Shown here in pieces: positions 63,827-64,000 of a DNA stretch of 64,000 nt. Location: IMG/VR virus record IMGVR_UViG_3300037322_000284. One strand, 5' to 3'. Each line of letters opens with the position of its first letter. Positions within the stretch are counted from its first letter, which is position 1. Below the pieces are notes generated by a model, which saw nothing but the letters and a program-made list of their open reading frames with translations, made no database searches and had not been told where the DNA came from. Origin of the DNA: an uncultured virus (IMG/VR IMGVR_UViG_3300037322_000284) (Duplodnaviria; Heunggongvirae; Uroviricota; Caudoviricetes). The position numbers were made by a program, and so were the translations under genes.

Positions 63827-64000
63827 ATGAAAATTATAGGCAAACAGAAAAAAGAAATTAAAGACATTATATTTAAAAATTTCTATTTTGTTGAGATAGA
63901 AACTATAAATGATAGTTCTTCGTTGTATGCAGATTTAGATTTCGATGTTCTAGATTTAATAGACTTAATGATGAGAATAGAGTCTCACTTTGGAATCACA
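63827..64000 (+). CDS. Acyl carrier protein-like (partial), lacking the catalytic Ser
   Basis: MKIIGKQKKEIKDII...SSLYADLDFDVLDLIDLMMRIESHFGIT; matches ACP DLGxDSLD..L.M.IE..FGI except S->V. Confidence 0.7.
   Translation, partial: MKIIGKQKKEIKDIIFKNFYFVEIETINDSSSLYADLDFDVLDLIDLMMRIESHFGIT

Noticed and set aside
1..64000. Stop-codon reassignment (TAG/TGA) as in some crAss-like phages
   Set aside because: Long genes are intact in code 11, TAG and TGA terminate genes at sensible positions, and no suppressor tRNA is seen

Overview
This is an AT-rich segment of a large crAss-like podovirus of Bacteroidota (probably Flavobacteriia), read in the standard genetic code. Bases 1-23.8 kb (minus strand) carry the virion and lysis module: tail fibre with S74 chaperone, amidase-LysM endolysin, major capsid, scaffold, portal, TerL, a zinc-ribbon homing endonuclease, and IHF-like and GroES-like genes. 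From 23.9 kb onward (plus strand) are tRNA-Gln, a tnpB-only IS200/IS605 element, NinG, RecA, PhoH, a ~1.1 kb cluster of structured and tRNA-like ncRNAs, DUF5664, SSB and GroEL. A putative genome-end region (~41.8-42.3 kb) follows, then ~50 small early ORFs behind repeated promoters, and finally an RNA ligase, nucleases and an ACP-like gene. Most notable: (1) an integron-like array of three gene cassettes at 59.17-61.27 kb, each bounded by its own 14-15 bp inverted repeat (GTTA...TAAC) and separated by attC-like hairpins, with no integrase in view; (2) a second, orphan omegaRNA/mini-IS copy giving the phage TnpB a second guide; (3) tRNA-mimic ncRNAs; (4) a dispersed TTTT-S(3-5)-AAAA motif; (5) an ACP homologue lacking the phosphopantetheine serine. 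All protein calls come from motif recognition and synteny, not database searches.
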